A stretch of 64,000 nt of DNA. It comes from an uncultured cyanobacterium. Lineage in GTDB: Bacteria; Cyanobacteriota; Cyanobacteriia; Cyanobacteriales; CAWCAG01. Shown here piece by piece: positions 63,826 to 64,000 of the stretch (positions are counted from its first letter, which is position 1; each line of letters starts with the position of its first letter). The notes beneath the pieces are model-generated. The model was not told the origin of the DNA. It saw nothing but the letters and a program-made list of their open reading frames with translations, and made no database searches. Where the stretch lies: NCBI GenBank assembly GCA_963793425.1, contig CAWCAG010000009.1, forward strand, positions 448,001 to 512,000, written 5' to 3'. The position numbers and the translations under genes are program-made.

Positions 63826-64000
63826 ATGACTGCTGAAAGCCAACTTGTCTCCGTCAAGCTTATGGAAGCCCTCATTAAACGAGGCTTTCAATCCTTAAAT
63901 GCTAAAGGCAAACGAAAAAGTTTACCTTGGCTAGTGCTAGACGGAAATTTAACCAAAAGGCTGTTTGACGTTCTATTTTCTTTATCTGTTCTGGTTTTGT
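63826..64000 (+). CDS. Bacterial sugar transferase (HepC/WcaJ-like), N-terminus; runs off the window end
   Basis: AAGGAG RBS, then MTAESQLVSVK...LDGNLTKRLFDVLFSLSVLVL (KR.FD motif); follows the GT4 gene. Confidence 0.75.
   Translation, partial: MTAESQLVSVKLMEALIKRGFQSLNAKGKRKSLPWLVLDGNLTKRLFDVLFSLSVLVL

Overview
AT-rich cyanobacterial chromosome segment. Evidence for the lineage: frequent HIP1 octamers (GCGATCGC), psbP, FurC, a DUF1830/PirC-like gene, XisH/XisI and Uma2 families. The backbone is intact housekeeping genes: pdhC, aas, thiG, pyrG, potA-D-B, mrdA, hpnA/hpnH, cobM, lspA, bioY, dnaG, accD, maf, a PPK2/pap gene and galE. Short patches of broken accessory DNA sit between them, often keeping both ends of a gene while the middle is gone. 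The most striking is a four-piece remnant of a major vault protein (MVP) homologue at about 19449-20197, largely missed by the ORF track. Other notable signals are an NsiR1-like small RNA with a TCCGGA-N18-GTA (DIF1-type) promoter upstream of cobM, and a 110-175 bp non-coding repeat present in three copies. There is also an NtcA-type promoter for the pirC-like gene and several collapsed defence loci (C5-MTase plus PstI/BsuBI-type REase, AAA ATPase plus DUF3226, a dnd-associated gene, XisH). No rRNA, tRNA, CRISPR array or intact transposase was seen. All family calls come from manual translation and recalled motifs; no database search was run.
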